From positions 8,366-72,365 of the forward strand of contig JAKPDD010000046.1 in the NCBI GenBank assembly GCA_029552945.1: a stretch of 64,000 nucleotides of DNA, written 5' to 3'. The position numbers and the translations under genes are program-made. This document shows, piece after piece, positions 38,407-48,167 of the stretch (positions within the stretch are counted from its first letter, which is position 1; every line of letters begins with the position of its first letter). The stretch comes from Spirochaetota bacterium. GTDB taxonomy: Bacteria > Spirochaetota > GWB1-36-13 > JAKPDD01. The notes beneath the pieces are model-generated. The model ran no database searches. It saw only the letters and a list, made by a program, of their open reading frames with translations, and was not told the origin of the DNA.

Positions 38407-40302
38407 ATGGTTTTCAATTACAATGGAAAAGAGATTAAAGCAGAAAATTGTAAAACATATATGGATATTGCAAATATCATATCAAAAAAACACAACTTTA
38501 TAGTGTGTGAGGTTAATGGTAAAATATTTGATCTTATGCATGAAATTAGTGAGGAAGGTGAGATTAATTTTTTCAGTTTTGATTCTACTATTGGACAGGA
38601 AGTATTCTGGCATACATCATCCCACATACTTGCTCAGGCTATAAAAAGATTGTTTCCTGATGCTTTATATACTATTGGACCTGCTATTGAAAAAGGATTT
38701 TATTATGACTTTGATATGGGTGATTATCATTTTAGGCCAGATGATGTTGAGAGGATTGAGAAAGAGGTCTTTAGTATTATAGAAGAAAATTATCCTATTC
38801 AAAGGATTGAACTGTCTAAAAAAAAGGCAATTGATGTCTTTAAAAATAACAGTTATAAAATTGAGATTATTAATCAACTTCCAGAAGATTCTGTTATTTC
38901 CTGCTATAAACAGGGTGAGTTTATAGACCTTTGTAGGGGGCCACACTTACCTTCAACTGGCTATGTAAAAGCTTTTAAAGTTATGTCTTTTGCTGGTGCT
39001 TATTGGAGGGGAGATTCAAAAAACAAAATGCTTCAAAGGGTTTACGGGATATCTTTTCCTGATGAAAAGCAACTTAAAAAATATCTTACTCTACTTGAAG
39101 AAGCAAAAAAAAGAGACCACAGGCTTATTGGAAAAGAGCTTGATCTATTTAGTTTTCATGATGAGGGCCCAGGTTTTCCATTCTGGCACAACAATGGGAT
39201 GATAATATTTAAGACATTGGTTGATTATATAAGAGGTGAGAATGCAAAAAGGGGGTATTTAGAGGTTATGACTCCCCCTATATTAAGTGATGTTTTATGG
39301 AAAAGAAGTGGACACTGGGATAACTATAAAAATAATATGTATTTTACTGAGATTGATGAGAAGTCTTATGCTGTAAAACCTATGAACTGTCCTGGTGGGC
39401 TTTTAATATACAAAACAAGACTTCATTCATATAGAGAATTACCTATAAAACAGGCTGAGTTTGGCCTTGTACATAGACACGAACTTTCAGGTGTTCTTCA
39501 TGGTTTATTTAGAGTAAGGAGTTTTACACAGGATGATGCTCATATTTTCTGTACTGAGGATCAACTTACTGAACAGATAATAGAGATAGTAAACTATACT
39601 ATGGAAGTTTATAAAGTAATGGGCTTTAAAGAGTTTGATATATTTGTTGCAACAAGACCTGATAAGTTTATTGGGACTTTGGAGAACTGGAATAAGGCAA
39701 CTGAAGCTTTGACAGATTCACTTGAAAAACTTGGTATAAGCTATAAAATTAAAGATAAAGAGGGTGCATTTTATGGGCCAAAAATAGAGTTTAATATAAA
39801 AGATAGTCTTGAAAGGAATTGGCAGTGTGGAACTGTTCAGGTTGACTTTTCAATGCCTGAAAAGTTTGATCTTACTTATGAGGCTTCTGATGGTACCTCA
39901 AAGAGACCTGTTATGGTTCACAGAGCTATATTGGGTTCATTAGAAAGGTTTATTGGTATACTTATTGAGCACTATTCAGGTAAATTACCGGTATGGCTTT
40001 CCCCTATACAGGTAAGACTTATAAATGTTTCCGATTCACACCTTGATTATTTAAATAATCTTTATAATAAACTTAATTCAGTTGGTATAAGGGTTGATAA
40101 AGATATAAGGAATGAAACATTGGGTTATAAAGTAAGGGAAGCAAGGAATAAGAGAATACCATATATTATTGTTATTGGAGATAAGGAGGTAAATGAAAAG
40201 AGTATTGCAGTAAGAGACAGAAGTAATAACAGTGTATCAATGTCTGTTGAAAGTTTTATTAATATTATAAAAGAAAAGATAGAAAGTAAGGCTATTGAAT
40301 AA
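38407..40302 (+). CDS. thrS: Threonine--tRNA ligase.
   Basis: 631 aa with an N-terminal TGS domain and an editing domain ([10 protein letters not shown]). Class II motifs are present ([21 protein letters not shown]), and a C-terminal anticodon-binding domain. Confidence 0.95.
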   Translation: MVFNYNGKEIKAENCKTYMDIANIISKKHNFIVCEVNGKIFDLMHEISEEGEINFFSFDSTIGQEVFWHTSSHILAQAIKRLFPDALYTIGPAIEKGFYYDFDMGDYHFRPDDVERIEKEVFSIIEENYPIQRIELSKKKAIDVFKNNSYKIEIINQLPEDSVISCYKQGEFIDLCRGPHLPSTGYVKAFKVMSFAGAYWRGDSKNKMLQRVYGISFPDEKQLKKYLTLLEEAKKRDHRLIGKELDLFSFHDEGPGFPFWHNNGMIIFKTLVDYIRGENAKRGYLEVMTPPILSDVLWKRSGHWDNYKNNMYFTEIDEKSYAVKPMNCPGGLLIYKTRLHSYRELPIKQAEFGLVHRHELSGVLHGLFRVRSFTQDDAHIFCTEDQLTEQIIEIVNYTMEVYKVMGFKEFDIFVATRPDKFIGTLENWNKATEALTDSLEKLGISYKIKDKEGAFYGPKIEFNIKDSLERNWQCGTVQVDFSMPEKFDLTYEASDGTSKRPVMVHRAILGSLERFIGILIEHYSGKLPVWLSPIQVRLINVSDSHLDYLNNLYNKLNSVGIRVDKDIRNETLGYKVREARNKRIPYIIVIGDKEVNEKSIAVRDRSNNSVSMSVESFINIIKEKIESKAIE

Positions 40303-41057
40303 TGCTTGCTAAAAGAATAATACCATGTCTTGATATAGATAAAGGAAGGGTTGTAAAAGGTGTAAACTTTATTAATCTTGTTGATGCTGGTGACCCTGTT
40401 GAAAATGCTATTATATATGATAAAGAGGGAGCAGATGAGATTGTTTTTCTTGATATAACTGCATCCAGTGAAGATAGAGGAATTATTTTTGATATAGCAA
40501 GAAAGGTTGCTGATAGCATATATACACCATTTACTATAGGTGGGGGGATAAGTTCTATTGAACAAATAAGGAAGATTATTCAGGCAGGAGCTGACAAGGT
40601 ATCTATAAATACTTCTGCTGTAAAAGACCCTGAGATTATAAAAAATGGGGCAAAAGCTTTTGGAAGTCAAGCTATTGTTGTTGCTATAGATGCAAAAAGA
40701 GTTGGAAATAAAAAATGGAATGTATTTATAAAGGGGGGAAGAGAAGACACTGGTATTGATGTTATATATTGGTCTAAAAAAGTTGTATCTTTGGGTGCTG
40801 GTGAAATATTACTTACATCTATGGATAGAGATGGCACAAAATTAGGATACGACCTTGAACTTATTGAATGTGTATCAGAATCTGTTTCAGTGCCTGTTAT
40901 TGCATCAGGTGGCGTGGGCACTCTTGAACATTTGTATGAAGGTATAAAGGCTGGGGCTGATGCTCTACTTGCTGCAAGTATTTTTCATTTTAAAGAATAC
41001 ACAATAAAAGAGGCTAAAGAGTATTTAAGATCTAAAGGAGTTGCTGTAAGATTATGA
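40302..41057 (+). CDS. hisF: Imidazole glycerol phosphate synthase cyclase subunit HisF (or a HisF-like paralogue).
   Basis: 251 aa. [20 protein letters not shown]...DAGDP...[11 protein letters not shown] and the C-terminal [15 protein letters not shown] match HisF. The start ATG overlaps the thrS stop (ATAATG), and there is no adjacent hisH. Confidence 0.8.
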   Translation: MLAKRIIPCLDIDKGRVVKGVNFINLVDAGDPVENAIIYDKEGADEIVFLDITASSEDRGIIFDIARKVADSIYTPFTIGGGISSIEQIRKIIQAGADKVSINTSAVKDPEIIKNGAKAFGSQAIVVAIDAKRVGNKKWNVFIKGGREDTGIDVIYWSKKVVSLGAGEILLTSMDRDGTKLGYDLELIECVSESVSVPVIASGGVGTLEHLYEGIKAGADALLAASIFHFKEYTIKEAKEYLRSKGVAVRL

Positions 41058-41926
41058 GTTTTTTAGAGATAAAAAATTTTGATATTAAAAATTTTACTAC
41101 AATTAAAATAGGTGGAATAGTAGAGAAAGCACTTTTACCATCTAATAAAGAGGGTATATTAGAAGTTTTTGATATTATAAAAAAGAGTGGTAAAAATTTT
41201 TTTATATTAGGTGGTGGTAGTAATGTTGTTATAAAAGATGATTTAACTGGCTTTTATGCAATTATTACTTCTAAACTCGATTATTATAAAATAGAAGATA
41301 ATACTATAATTTGTGGGGCTGGGCTTAAAACATCTTTATTTTGTGAGATATCTCTTGATAATTCTTTAAGTGGTTCTGAGTTTTTGTATGGCCTACCAGG
41401 CTCTATTGGTGGTGCTGTATTTATGAATGCAAGGAGTTATGGTTTCTCTATATCTGATATAATTGAGAGTGTTGATGTCTATGATTATGAAAATAATAGT
41501 TTTTTAAGTTTAAAAAGTAGTGAGTGTGAGTTTGGTTATAAAAATTCTATTTTTCAAAAGAGACCATACTTTATATCAGAGATAAAATTCAAACTTACTA
41601 GAGGAGACTTTAATGAAATTAAAGAAAAGATGAATTATTTTAAAAAGGATAGAGAAGAAAAAGGGCAATATGTTTTTCCTTCTGCAGGATGTGCTTTTAA
41701 AAACAATTATGATATTGGTATTCCTACAGGAAAAATTATAGATGAGCTTGGACTTAAGGGGATGGTTTTTGGTGGCGTTAAGGTCTATGAAAAACATGCC
41801 AATTTTTTAGTAAATACTGGTAACGCAACTTATGAGGATTATATTAATGCTGTCTCTTATATAAAAAGAGCTGTAAAAAATGAAAGAGGCATTGACTTAG
41901 AGTGCGAAGTTATATTTTTGCCTTAA
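41054..41926 (+). CDS. murB: UDP-N-acetylenolpyruvoylglucosamine reductase.
   Basis: 290 aa with an FAD-binding region (ILGGGSNVV) and a C-terminal MurB domain ([22 protein letters not shown]). The start overlaps the hisF stop (ATGA). Confidence 0.85.
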   Translation: MSFLEIKNFDIKNFTTIKIGGIVEKALLPSNKEGILEVFDIIKKSGKNFFILGGGSNVVIKDDLTGFYAIITSKLDYYKIEDNTIICGAGLKTSLFCEISLDNSLSGSEFLYGLPGSIGGAVFMNARSYGFSISDIIESVDVYDYENNSFLSLKSSECEFGYKNSIFQKRPYFISEIKFKLTRGDFNEIKEKMNYFKKDREEKGQYVFPSAGCAFKNNYDIGIPTGKIIDELGLKGMVFGGVKVYEKHANFLVNTGNATYEDYINAVSYIKRAVKNERGIDLECEVIFLP

Positions 41927-43452
41927 TTTTTGTTTTTTTTTCTATTTTCCTGTATTCTCAAGGCAAAACTCAAAAGGTTTCAATAAAATATATAGAGATA
42001 TCAGGTAATTATTCTTTTACAAAAAAAGAGATTCTGAATGTACTTAAAATAAAAGAGATGATGGAATATGAGATAGAAGAGATAAAAACTAAATTAGATA
42101 TATTGAAAAAATTCTATGTTGATAATGGGTATCTTCTGACAAAGATAGACTCTTATATTGGTCTTGATGGTATTTTCTATATAATAATTAATGAGGGTAT
42201 CATAGATAATACTGTATTTGTTAATCTTGATTATTTTCAGATAATATTAGTAAAAGATATATTTGGTGATTTTAAAAATGTTATTTTTCATAAACCAACT
42301 GTTGAAGCAAAACTCTCAGACCTAAAATCAAAGATAAAGGTTGACTTTGACTATGAGTTTTTAAACTCTGATAGAGATGGTCATTATATACTTTTTCTTG
42401 TTAGAAATCAAAGTAAACAAGACAAAACAGAGGATGGAAAACTTAAACCATATTTTGATTACTATTTTAATTTCAGGGGTTGGTTATTATTACTTGTCCC
42501 ATATTTTTATGTTACTTTTTATAATATTGGAGGAATAGATCATTCTTTAAGATTTAGAGTTGATATAAGATTTGCTACTGAAAACTGGATTTATGCTAAG
42601 TTCAGGGAAAGTGTAATTGATGAATACTATTCTGTTGAATATTTTACTCCCCCTATATACAAAGATTTTAAGTTAAACATAAACACTGGTATATTTATTA
42701 ATAGGAGTGGCCGTGGTGACCTAGGACTAAAATACAAGCTTATAAGATACCCTTTTGAGGTTGGTGGGGGATTTGACTTTAAATATTTCTGGGCATCATT
42801 AAGAGGTGGTATGGTCTATCTTAAGTTTAGAAACCCTGAAAATACAGGTGATGGTTTTGTCCAATTTGATCCTTTTAATTATCCTGAACTTACTGGTGAA
42901 TATGATAAGATTTTTAAAACAATCTCCCTTAGTATAAACTATTCTGAGCCTAAAAAATACCATAAGGAGAAGGATAATTTTATAAGATTTTCCCTAACTC
43001 ATTTTTCAAATGAAAATTATAAGTGGATAAGTCTTTATGCTAAATCTGAGTATTTTTTTATTTTTGATTATGACCTTATAGCTCTAAGATTTAAGTCTTT
43101 CATGAATATAGGGAAGTTTCCTGGATATTATGCTCATACGATTGTGGAAGACTTTTATCTTAGGGGTTATAAGGATGAACCTATATTTACTGATAGGGGG
43201 CTTGCAGGTGGTTTTGAATATTGGAACTCTTTTTATACTGATAAATGGCATACATTATTTTTTATAGACTTTGCCTATTTTAATAATCAAACTTATAAAT
43301 CGCCGATATCGATAGGTGATTTTGAAACAAGTTATGGTATTGGTATCTCTTACTCATTTGAGGAGTTGAACCTTAGATTTAGTTATTCTCTTGCATTAAA
43401 ATCAAGGGCTGATAGTGGTAAGTTTGATTTTTTCTTCAGGAAAAGATTCTAA
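41902..43452 (+). CDS. Omp85-family outer membrane protein: one POTRA-like domain plus a beta-barrel.
   Basis: 516 aa. A signal peptide is followed by a POTRA-like region (VSIKYIEISGNYSFTKKEILNVLKIKEMM...YVDNGYLLTKID). A long Tyr/Gly/Phe-rich C-terminal domain ends in ...FDFFFRKRF, with a terminal Phe. Confidence 0.5.
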   Translation: MRSYIFALIFVFFSIFLYSQGKTQKVSIKYIEISGNYSFTKKEILNVLKIKEMMEYEIEEIKTKLDILKKFYVDNGYLLTKIDSYIGLDGIFYIIINEGIIDNTVFVNLDYFQIILVKDIFGDFKNVIFHKPTVEAKLSDLKSKIKVDFDYEFLNSDRDGHYILFLVRNQSKQDKTEDGKLKPYFDYYFNFRGWLLLLVPYFYVTFYNIGGIDHSLRFRVDIRFATENWIYAKFRESVIDEYYSVEYFTPPIYKDFKLNINTGIFINRSGRGDLGLKYKLIRYPFEVGGGFDFKYFWASLRGGMVYLKFRNPENTGDGFVQFDPFNYPELTGEYDKIFKTISLSINYSEPKKYHKEKDNFIRFSLTHFSNENYKWISLYAKSEYFFIFDYDLIALRFKSFMNIGKFPGYYAHTIVEDFYLRGYKDEPIFTDRGLAGGFEYWNSFYTDKWHTLFFIDFAYFNNQTYKSPISIGDFETSYGIGISYSFEELNLRFSYSLALKSRADSGKFDFFFRKRF

Positions 43453-44156
43453 GCTTTAACTATTTTGTCTATGAAAGTCTTAAGATTTTCTTTTATACTT
43501 TTAATCTCTAAACTTTTTATCTTGTCTTCTATAAGATTCCTGTAATATTTTAACTTGTCTGATAAAAATTTTTCATCCATATTACTATCTTTGTCAATAA
43601 TGTCATCTTTTATCTGGTATAGTATTCCAATATGTTTTAGAATATAATATATCTTTCTTAGTGTGTCATAGTTATATTTCTCGATAATTGCTAATATAGG
43701 TGCAACAAATAGTAAACCTGTCTTATTGTAACATGTTGTTATATAATTTTTTTTATCTATTTCTGATAGGATCATTCTTTCAATTATTTTTATAAAAGCC
43801 TTACCTATTAAATCGTTCTTAAAAATATTTTTTATTGCTTTTATTATCATAATACTTGATATCAGGTATGCTTTTTTGTCTCCTATATACTTATTTAATG
43901 GTTTTTTGCCCCTTCTTTCTGTTTCATCATCTACTATATCATCAATTATTATTGCTGAGTTGTGAATTATTTCTATTATACTTGCTATCCTTACATTTTT
44001 TTCTTCAGTTTTAAACTCTGATAAAATAAATACAAGTTCGCTCCTTAGCATTTTGCCAAAATCTATATTTAATTTTTCTTTTTTAATTTTCATTATACTA
44101 TAGATTTTTTCTATAACTTTTTTTTTAAAATCATTAAGTTTCTTTGAATAACTCAT
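43449..44156 (-). CDS. Short trans-isoprenyl diphosphate synthase-like protein (polyprenyl synthetase fold).
   Basis: 235 aa with two Asp-rich motifs, IIDDIVDDETERRGK (first DDxxD) and IKDDIIDKD (second). It overlaps the hflX start by 23 nt. Confidence 0.5.
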   Translation of the reverse strand: MSYSKKLNDFKKKVIEKIYSIMKIKKEKLNIDFGKMLRSELVFILSEFKTEEKNVRIASIIEIIHNSAIIIDDIVDDETERRGKKPLNKYIGDKKAYLISSIMIIKAIKNIFKNDLIGKAFIKIIERMILSEIDKKNYITTCYNKTGLLFVAPILAIIEKYNYDTLRKIYYILKHIGILYQIKDDIIDKDSNMDEKFLSDKLKYYRNLIEDKIKSLEIKSIKENLKTFIDKIVKA

Positions 44157-45210
44157 TAAATATCCTTTTTTTTAATTTATCTATCCCTTTACCAGTTAAA
44201 GATGATATAGGTATTGCTAAAGGGTATTCATCCATAAGACTCTTTAATGATTCTCTGTCTATCATGTCTATCTTTGAAAAACAGAGAATATATTTTTTAT
44301 TACTGCAACCTATTTCATCCAGTGTTGAAAATACAGTGTTAAGCTTATCTTTTATTTTACTGCTTGACGAATCCTGTAATATAAGTAATAGTCTTGAGTA
44401 TTTTATCTCTTCTAGAGTTGACTTAAATGAAGCTATAAGTTGGGTTGGCAACTTGTTTATAAATCCTACTGTATCAGCAAATAGTACTATTTTACCATTT
44501 ATAAAGACTTTTCTTATTACAGGGCTTAATGTTGAAAATAGCCTATTTTCAGATAAGAGTTGTGCCTTACTCAAAGTATTTAAAAGAGCTGTTTTCCCTG
44601 CGTTTGTGTATCCAATTATACTTACTATAGGAATGTTTTCAGTTAATCTTTTTTGTCTAATTATGTTTCTATTTGATTCTATCTCTTTTAGTTTTTCTGT
44701 TAGTTTTGATATTCTTCTTTTTATCAATCTTTTGTCGATTTCTATCTGCTTTTCACCAGGTCCTTTTGTAAACCCATATCCCCCCTCTATTCTCGATAGA
44801 TGTGTCCACATTCTTTTAAGCCTTGGCAACATATATTTTAGTTTTGCTATCTCAACCTGTGTCTTTGCTTCTGCTGTCCTTGCATTGTTTTCAAATATAC
44901 GGAGTATAAGTTCAGTTCTGTCAATTACCATTATACCTGTTTCTTTCTCAAGATTTCTTTGTTGATTAGGTTTTAATTCATCATTAAATATGATAACCTC
45001 TATTTTATGTTTTTCTATTATTGTTTTTAATTCCTCTATCATAAAAGATGTTATCAGAGTTGCAGGATTTATTTCCTTAAGTCTGAAAACTATTGTATCT
45101 ACTACCTCTATTTCGATAGTTTCAGAAAGTAATTTTAATTCAGTAAGAGATTCTTCTAATCCTATAATCTCTTTATTATAGATATATATACCTAAACAGA
45201 TTCCCCTCAA
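44134..45210 (-). CDS. hflX: GTPase HflX.
   Basis: 358 aa with an HflX N-terminal domain and a G-domain (IVSIIGYTNAGKTALLN, DTVGFI, and the NKxD-equivalent SKID). Confidence 0.85.
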   Translation of the reverse strand: MRGICLGIYIYNKEIIGLEESLTELKLLSETIEIEVVDTIVFRLKEINPATLITSFMIEELKTIIEKHKIEVIIFNDELKPNQQRNLEKETGIMVIDRTELILRIFENNARTAEAKTQVEIAKLKYMLPRLKRMWTHLSRIEGGYGFTKGPGEKQIEIDKRLIKRRISKLTEKLKEIESNRNIIRQKRLTENIPIVSIIGYTNAGKTALLNTLSKAQLLSENRLFSTLSPVIRKVFINGKIVLFADTVGFINKLPTQLIASFKSTLEEIKYSRLLLILQDSSSSKIKDKLNTVFSTLDEIGCSNKKYILCFSKIDMIDRESLKSLMDEYPLAIPISSLTGKGIDKLKKRIFNELFKET

Positions 45211-45804
45211 TTAACTTACCTTAAAACTTATAGATATTCCATCACCAATATCAAGTATTATTGTTTCAAAATTTTCATATATATATTTTGAAAACTCAGC
45301 CATTTTTTTTACCATCCTTTTTTCTGATCTTTTTAAGTCATCTCTATTTATCCTGTTTCTTAAGTATATATTATCTGCTATTACTATTGAGTCTTTGTTT
45401 AAGTATTTTTCTATCTCTTTTATATAATCTATATACCTTGCCTTAGCACCATCTATAAATACAAGATCAAATACTGTTTGATTTTCTTTTATAAACTCAA
45501 AAAAGTCTATTCCAACTAATTTTATATTATTCTTGTTGAATTTTTTTATTATATCTTTTCCTTTATCAAACCTTGTAATCTCTTTTTCAAGTGAAATAAT
45601 TTCTGCTTCTTTTGATGCTTCAGACATAAAAAAGGAAGAAAAGCCGGAACCAAAACCTATTTCAAGTATTGTTTTTGGTTTTTTTGTTTTAACAATAGTA
45701 TATAGAAAATAACCTACTATTTCATCAATAAGTGGAATATTATTTTCCTGGGCGTAGTTTCTTATATATTCTACCCATTCAAAACTTAATTTTTTGTTTA
45801 TTAT
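45211..45804 (-). CDS. Class I SAM-dependent O-methyltransferase (family 3 / caffeoyl-CoA-OMT/YrrM-like). There is no canonical start codon; a possible ATA start follows a strong SD.
   Basis: The frame is open from a TAA at 45817-45819 down to 45211. The translation ...IPLIDEIVGYFLYTIVKTKKPKTILEIGFGSGFSSFFMSEASKEAEIISLEKEI...FDLVFIDGAKARYIDY... carries SAM motif I (LEIGFGSGFS) and post-I motifs. The ORF track only calls the last 138 aa from an internal Met. In-frame ATA codons at 45802-45804 and 45799-45801 follow an AAAAGGAG SD. Confidence 0.5.
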   Translation of the reverse strand: MINKKLSFEWVEYIRNYAQENNIPLIDEIVGYFLYTIVKTKKPKTILEIGFGSGFSSFFMSEASKEAEIISLEKEITRFDKGKDIIKKFNKNNIKLVGIDFFEFIKENQTVFDLVFIDGAKARYIDYIKEIEKYLNKDSIVIADNIYLRNRINRDDLKRSEKRMVKKMAEFSKYIYENFETIILDIGDGISISFKVS

Positions 45805-45908
45805 GCTTCTCCTTTTTTAACTTTGTTTTTTAAATTTTAACTTAAATTTTTTTACTTAAAATTTTAAAAGGTAAGAAAAAATGCAATCTTCTAATTTAAT
45901 CATCAATT

Positions 45909-48020
45909 CTATTTCATCTTTTTTTCTATAAACTCAATTATCTCTTCTCTATTTCTTCTCTCTTTCAATATTTTTAAAAACTCTTCATCTTTACAGATTT
46001 TAGCTATATTGAAAATAGCTTCAAAGTGTGTCTTTGTATCTGAAGTTAAAACAACAAATAGGGTGTGAACCTTTTCACCATCTATAGCTGGATAGTCTAC
46101 AGGATTTTCGGGAAAACATATTGCGATAATCTCATCCTCTTTTCTGTGGACTATTGGATTTCTTGAATGGGGAATTGCGATCCCTTTATCTATTGAGGTT
46201 GGCATGAGTGTTTCTCTTTCTATTAGATTATGCAGTATTTGATCTTTTGAAAGCTTATATATGGATGGTAATTCTGGAACTATGTTTTTAATAAGTTCTA
46301 TATTGTTATTTCCAGGTATATTATAATATATACCACCATTTTTTATTTTATCAACAAAGCTTATCTTCTTTATACCCAGGATCTCTTTTGCCCTTTCTAA
46401 GGCTGCATCTATATTTTCCTGTATATTTATTTCTCCTATCAATTTATCAATTTCAGATTGTTTGATTATTTCAAGTGGTTGTTTTTGAACTCCAGATAAT
46501 ATTAGACTTATTCCCTCTTTTTTTGAGTCTTCAATTAACTTTTTTAGTATATGAATACCGGTTGCGTCTATTGTAGGCACTCTTCTCATTCTTATTATTC
46601 TTACTTTTGGTGGGTTTTCAACTTGGGTCATAGCTTCTTTAAACTTTTGTGCAGCACCAAAAAAAAGGGGACCATCTATCTCAAATACTTCCACACCCTT
46701 TGGTATCTCTCTTGTTTGAAGGTTAAATGGATCAAAATCTTCTTCATTTTCTTTTAATTGATCTTTTATAAAGTTAACTTCTGAGACTACTACCATACGT
46801 CTCATAAATAGGAATGCTGCTAAAACAATTCCTATTTCTATTGCAACAGTAAGATCAATTATAACAGTTAAAATAAATGTGATTAATAATACAGCTGCAT
46901 CACTCTTTGTTGACTTTAATATTTCTACAAAACTTCTCCATTCACTCATATTGTATGCAACTACAACAAGGATTGCCCCCAATGTTGAGAGTGGTATTAA
47001 TTCAGCCCATTTGCCAAAAAATATCATTATAAGAAATATTGTTAAAGCGTGCGTCATACCTGCGATTGGAGTTCTTCCTCCATTTTTTATGTTTGCTGCT
47101 GTTCTTGCTATTGCTCCTGTTGCTGGTATTCCCCCAAATACTGGTGAAACTATGTTTGCTACACCATTAGCTATAAGTTCCATGTTTGACCTATGTTTAC
47201 CACCTATCATACCATCAGCAACTACAGCAGATAATAATGCTTCGATACCAGCAAGTAGTGCTATTGTAAATGCAGGGTTTATTAAGTTTTTGAATGTTTC
47301 AAAGCTTATATTAGGTATTTTTGGGGAGGGGAGTGAGGATGGGATACTACCGAACTTACTTCCTATTGTTTCAACAGGTAGGTTAAAAACCTGTACAACA
47401 ATTGTCGATATTATTATAGCTATTAATGACCCTGGTATCTTTTCTGTTACTTTTTTCCAGAATACTATTATGAGTATTGAACCTATACCTATAATTAATG
47501 GATAGATATTTATAGTGTGTATATTGGAAATATATTCGATCCATTTCTCTATAAACTCTGAAGGGACTTTTTCTATCTTTAAACCAAAGAGGTCTTTTAT
47601 CTGTGATGAAAATATAATTAGTGCTATTCCACTTGTAAAACCTACTGTTACGGGGTGAGGTATATATTTTATTACTGAACCTAATTTCACCAATCCCATT
47701 ATTATCAGAAAAAAGCCTGCTATAAATGTTGCTATAGCAAGCCCATCAATTCCATATTTCTCAACTATGCCGTATACTATTACAACAAATGCACCTGTAG
47801 GCCCACCTATCTGTACTCTACTACCACCTAAAAATGATATTATAAATCCTGCAATTACTGCAGTAAATAGACCCTTTTCTGGTGTTACACCTGATGCTAT
47901 AGCAAAAGCAATTGCAAGAGGTATAGCTATTATTCCTACTATTACCCCCGCACTAAGATCCTGTATAAATTGATTCTTATTATAGTTTTTTAGAGTGTCT
48001 AATAACTTTGGCCTTAACAT
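45909..48020 (-). CDS. SulP-family anion transporter fused to a STAS domain and a C-terminal PTS EIIA(Ntr)/fructose-type (EIIA-2) domain.
   Basis: 703 aa. The N-terminal 420 aa or so form a polytopic SulP core (GIIAIPLAIAFAIASGV...). A STAS domain follows (EVFEIDGPLFFGAAQKF). The last 150 aa or so carry an EIIA-2 signature with a phosphorylatable His (DKGIAIPHSRNP ... HTLFVVLTS). Confidence 0.8.
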   Translation of the reverse strand: MLRPKLLDTLKNYNKNQFIQDLSAGVIVGIIAIPLAIAFAIASGVTPEKGLFTAVIAGFIISFLGGSRVQIGGPTGAFVVIVYGIVEKYGIDGLAIATFIAGFFLIIMGLVKLGSVIKYIPHPVTVGFTSGIALIIFSSQIKDLFGLKIEKVPSEFIEKWIEYISNIHTINIYPLIIGIGSILIIVFWKKVTEKIPGSLIAIIISTIVVQVFNLPVETIGSKFGSIPSSLPSPKIPNISFETFKNLINPAFTIALLAGIEALLSAVVADGMIGGKHRSNMELIANGVANIVSPVFGGIPATGAIARTAANIKNGGRTPIAGMTHALTIFLIMIFFGKWAELIPLSTLGAILVVVAYNMSEWRSFVEILKSTKSDAAVLLITFILTVIIDLTVAIEIGIVLAAFLFMRRMVVVSEVNFIKDQLKENEEDFDPFNLQTREIPKGVEVFEIDGPLFFGAAQKFKEAMTQVENPPKVRIIRMRRVPTIDATGIHILKKLIEDSKKEGISLILSGVQKQPLEIIKQSEIDKLIGEINIQENIDAALERAKEILGIKKISFVDKIKNGGIYYNIPGNNNIELIKNIVPELPSIYKLSKDQILHNLIERETLMPTSIDKGIAIPHSRNPIVHRKEDEIIAICFPENPVDYPAIDGEKVHTLFVVLTSDTKTHFEAIFNIAKICKDEEFLKILKERRNREEIIEFIEKKMK

Positions 48021-48167
48021 TTTATTTTTATCCTCTTTTAGTATTTATAAAAGATAGAAATAGAAAATAATTTAACTAGTATCGTAACTAATAATTAAAC
48101 TAAGAGGATAATAATGACTTGTAAAACGTCTATCCACTTAGTTTATTTTTTTAGTTCTATTCAATTC

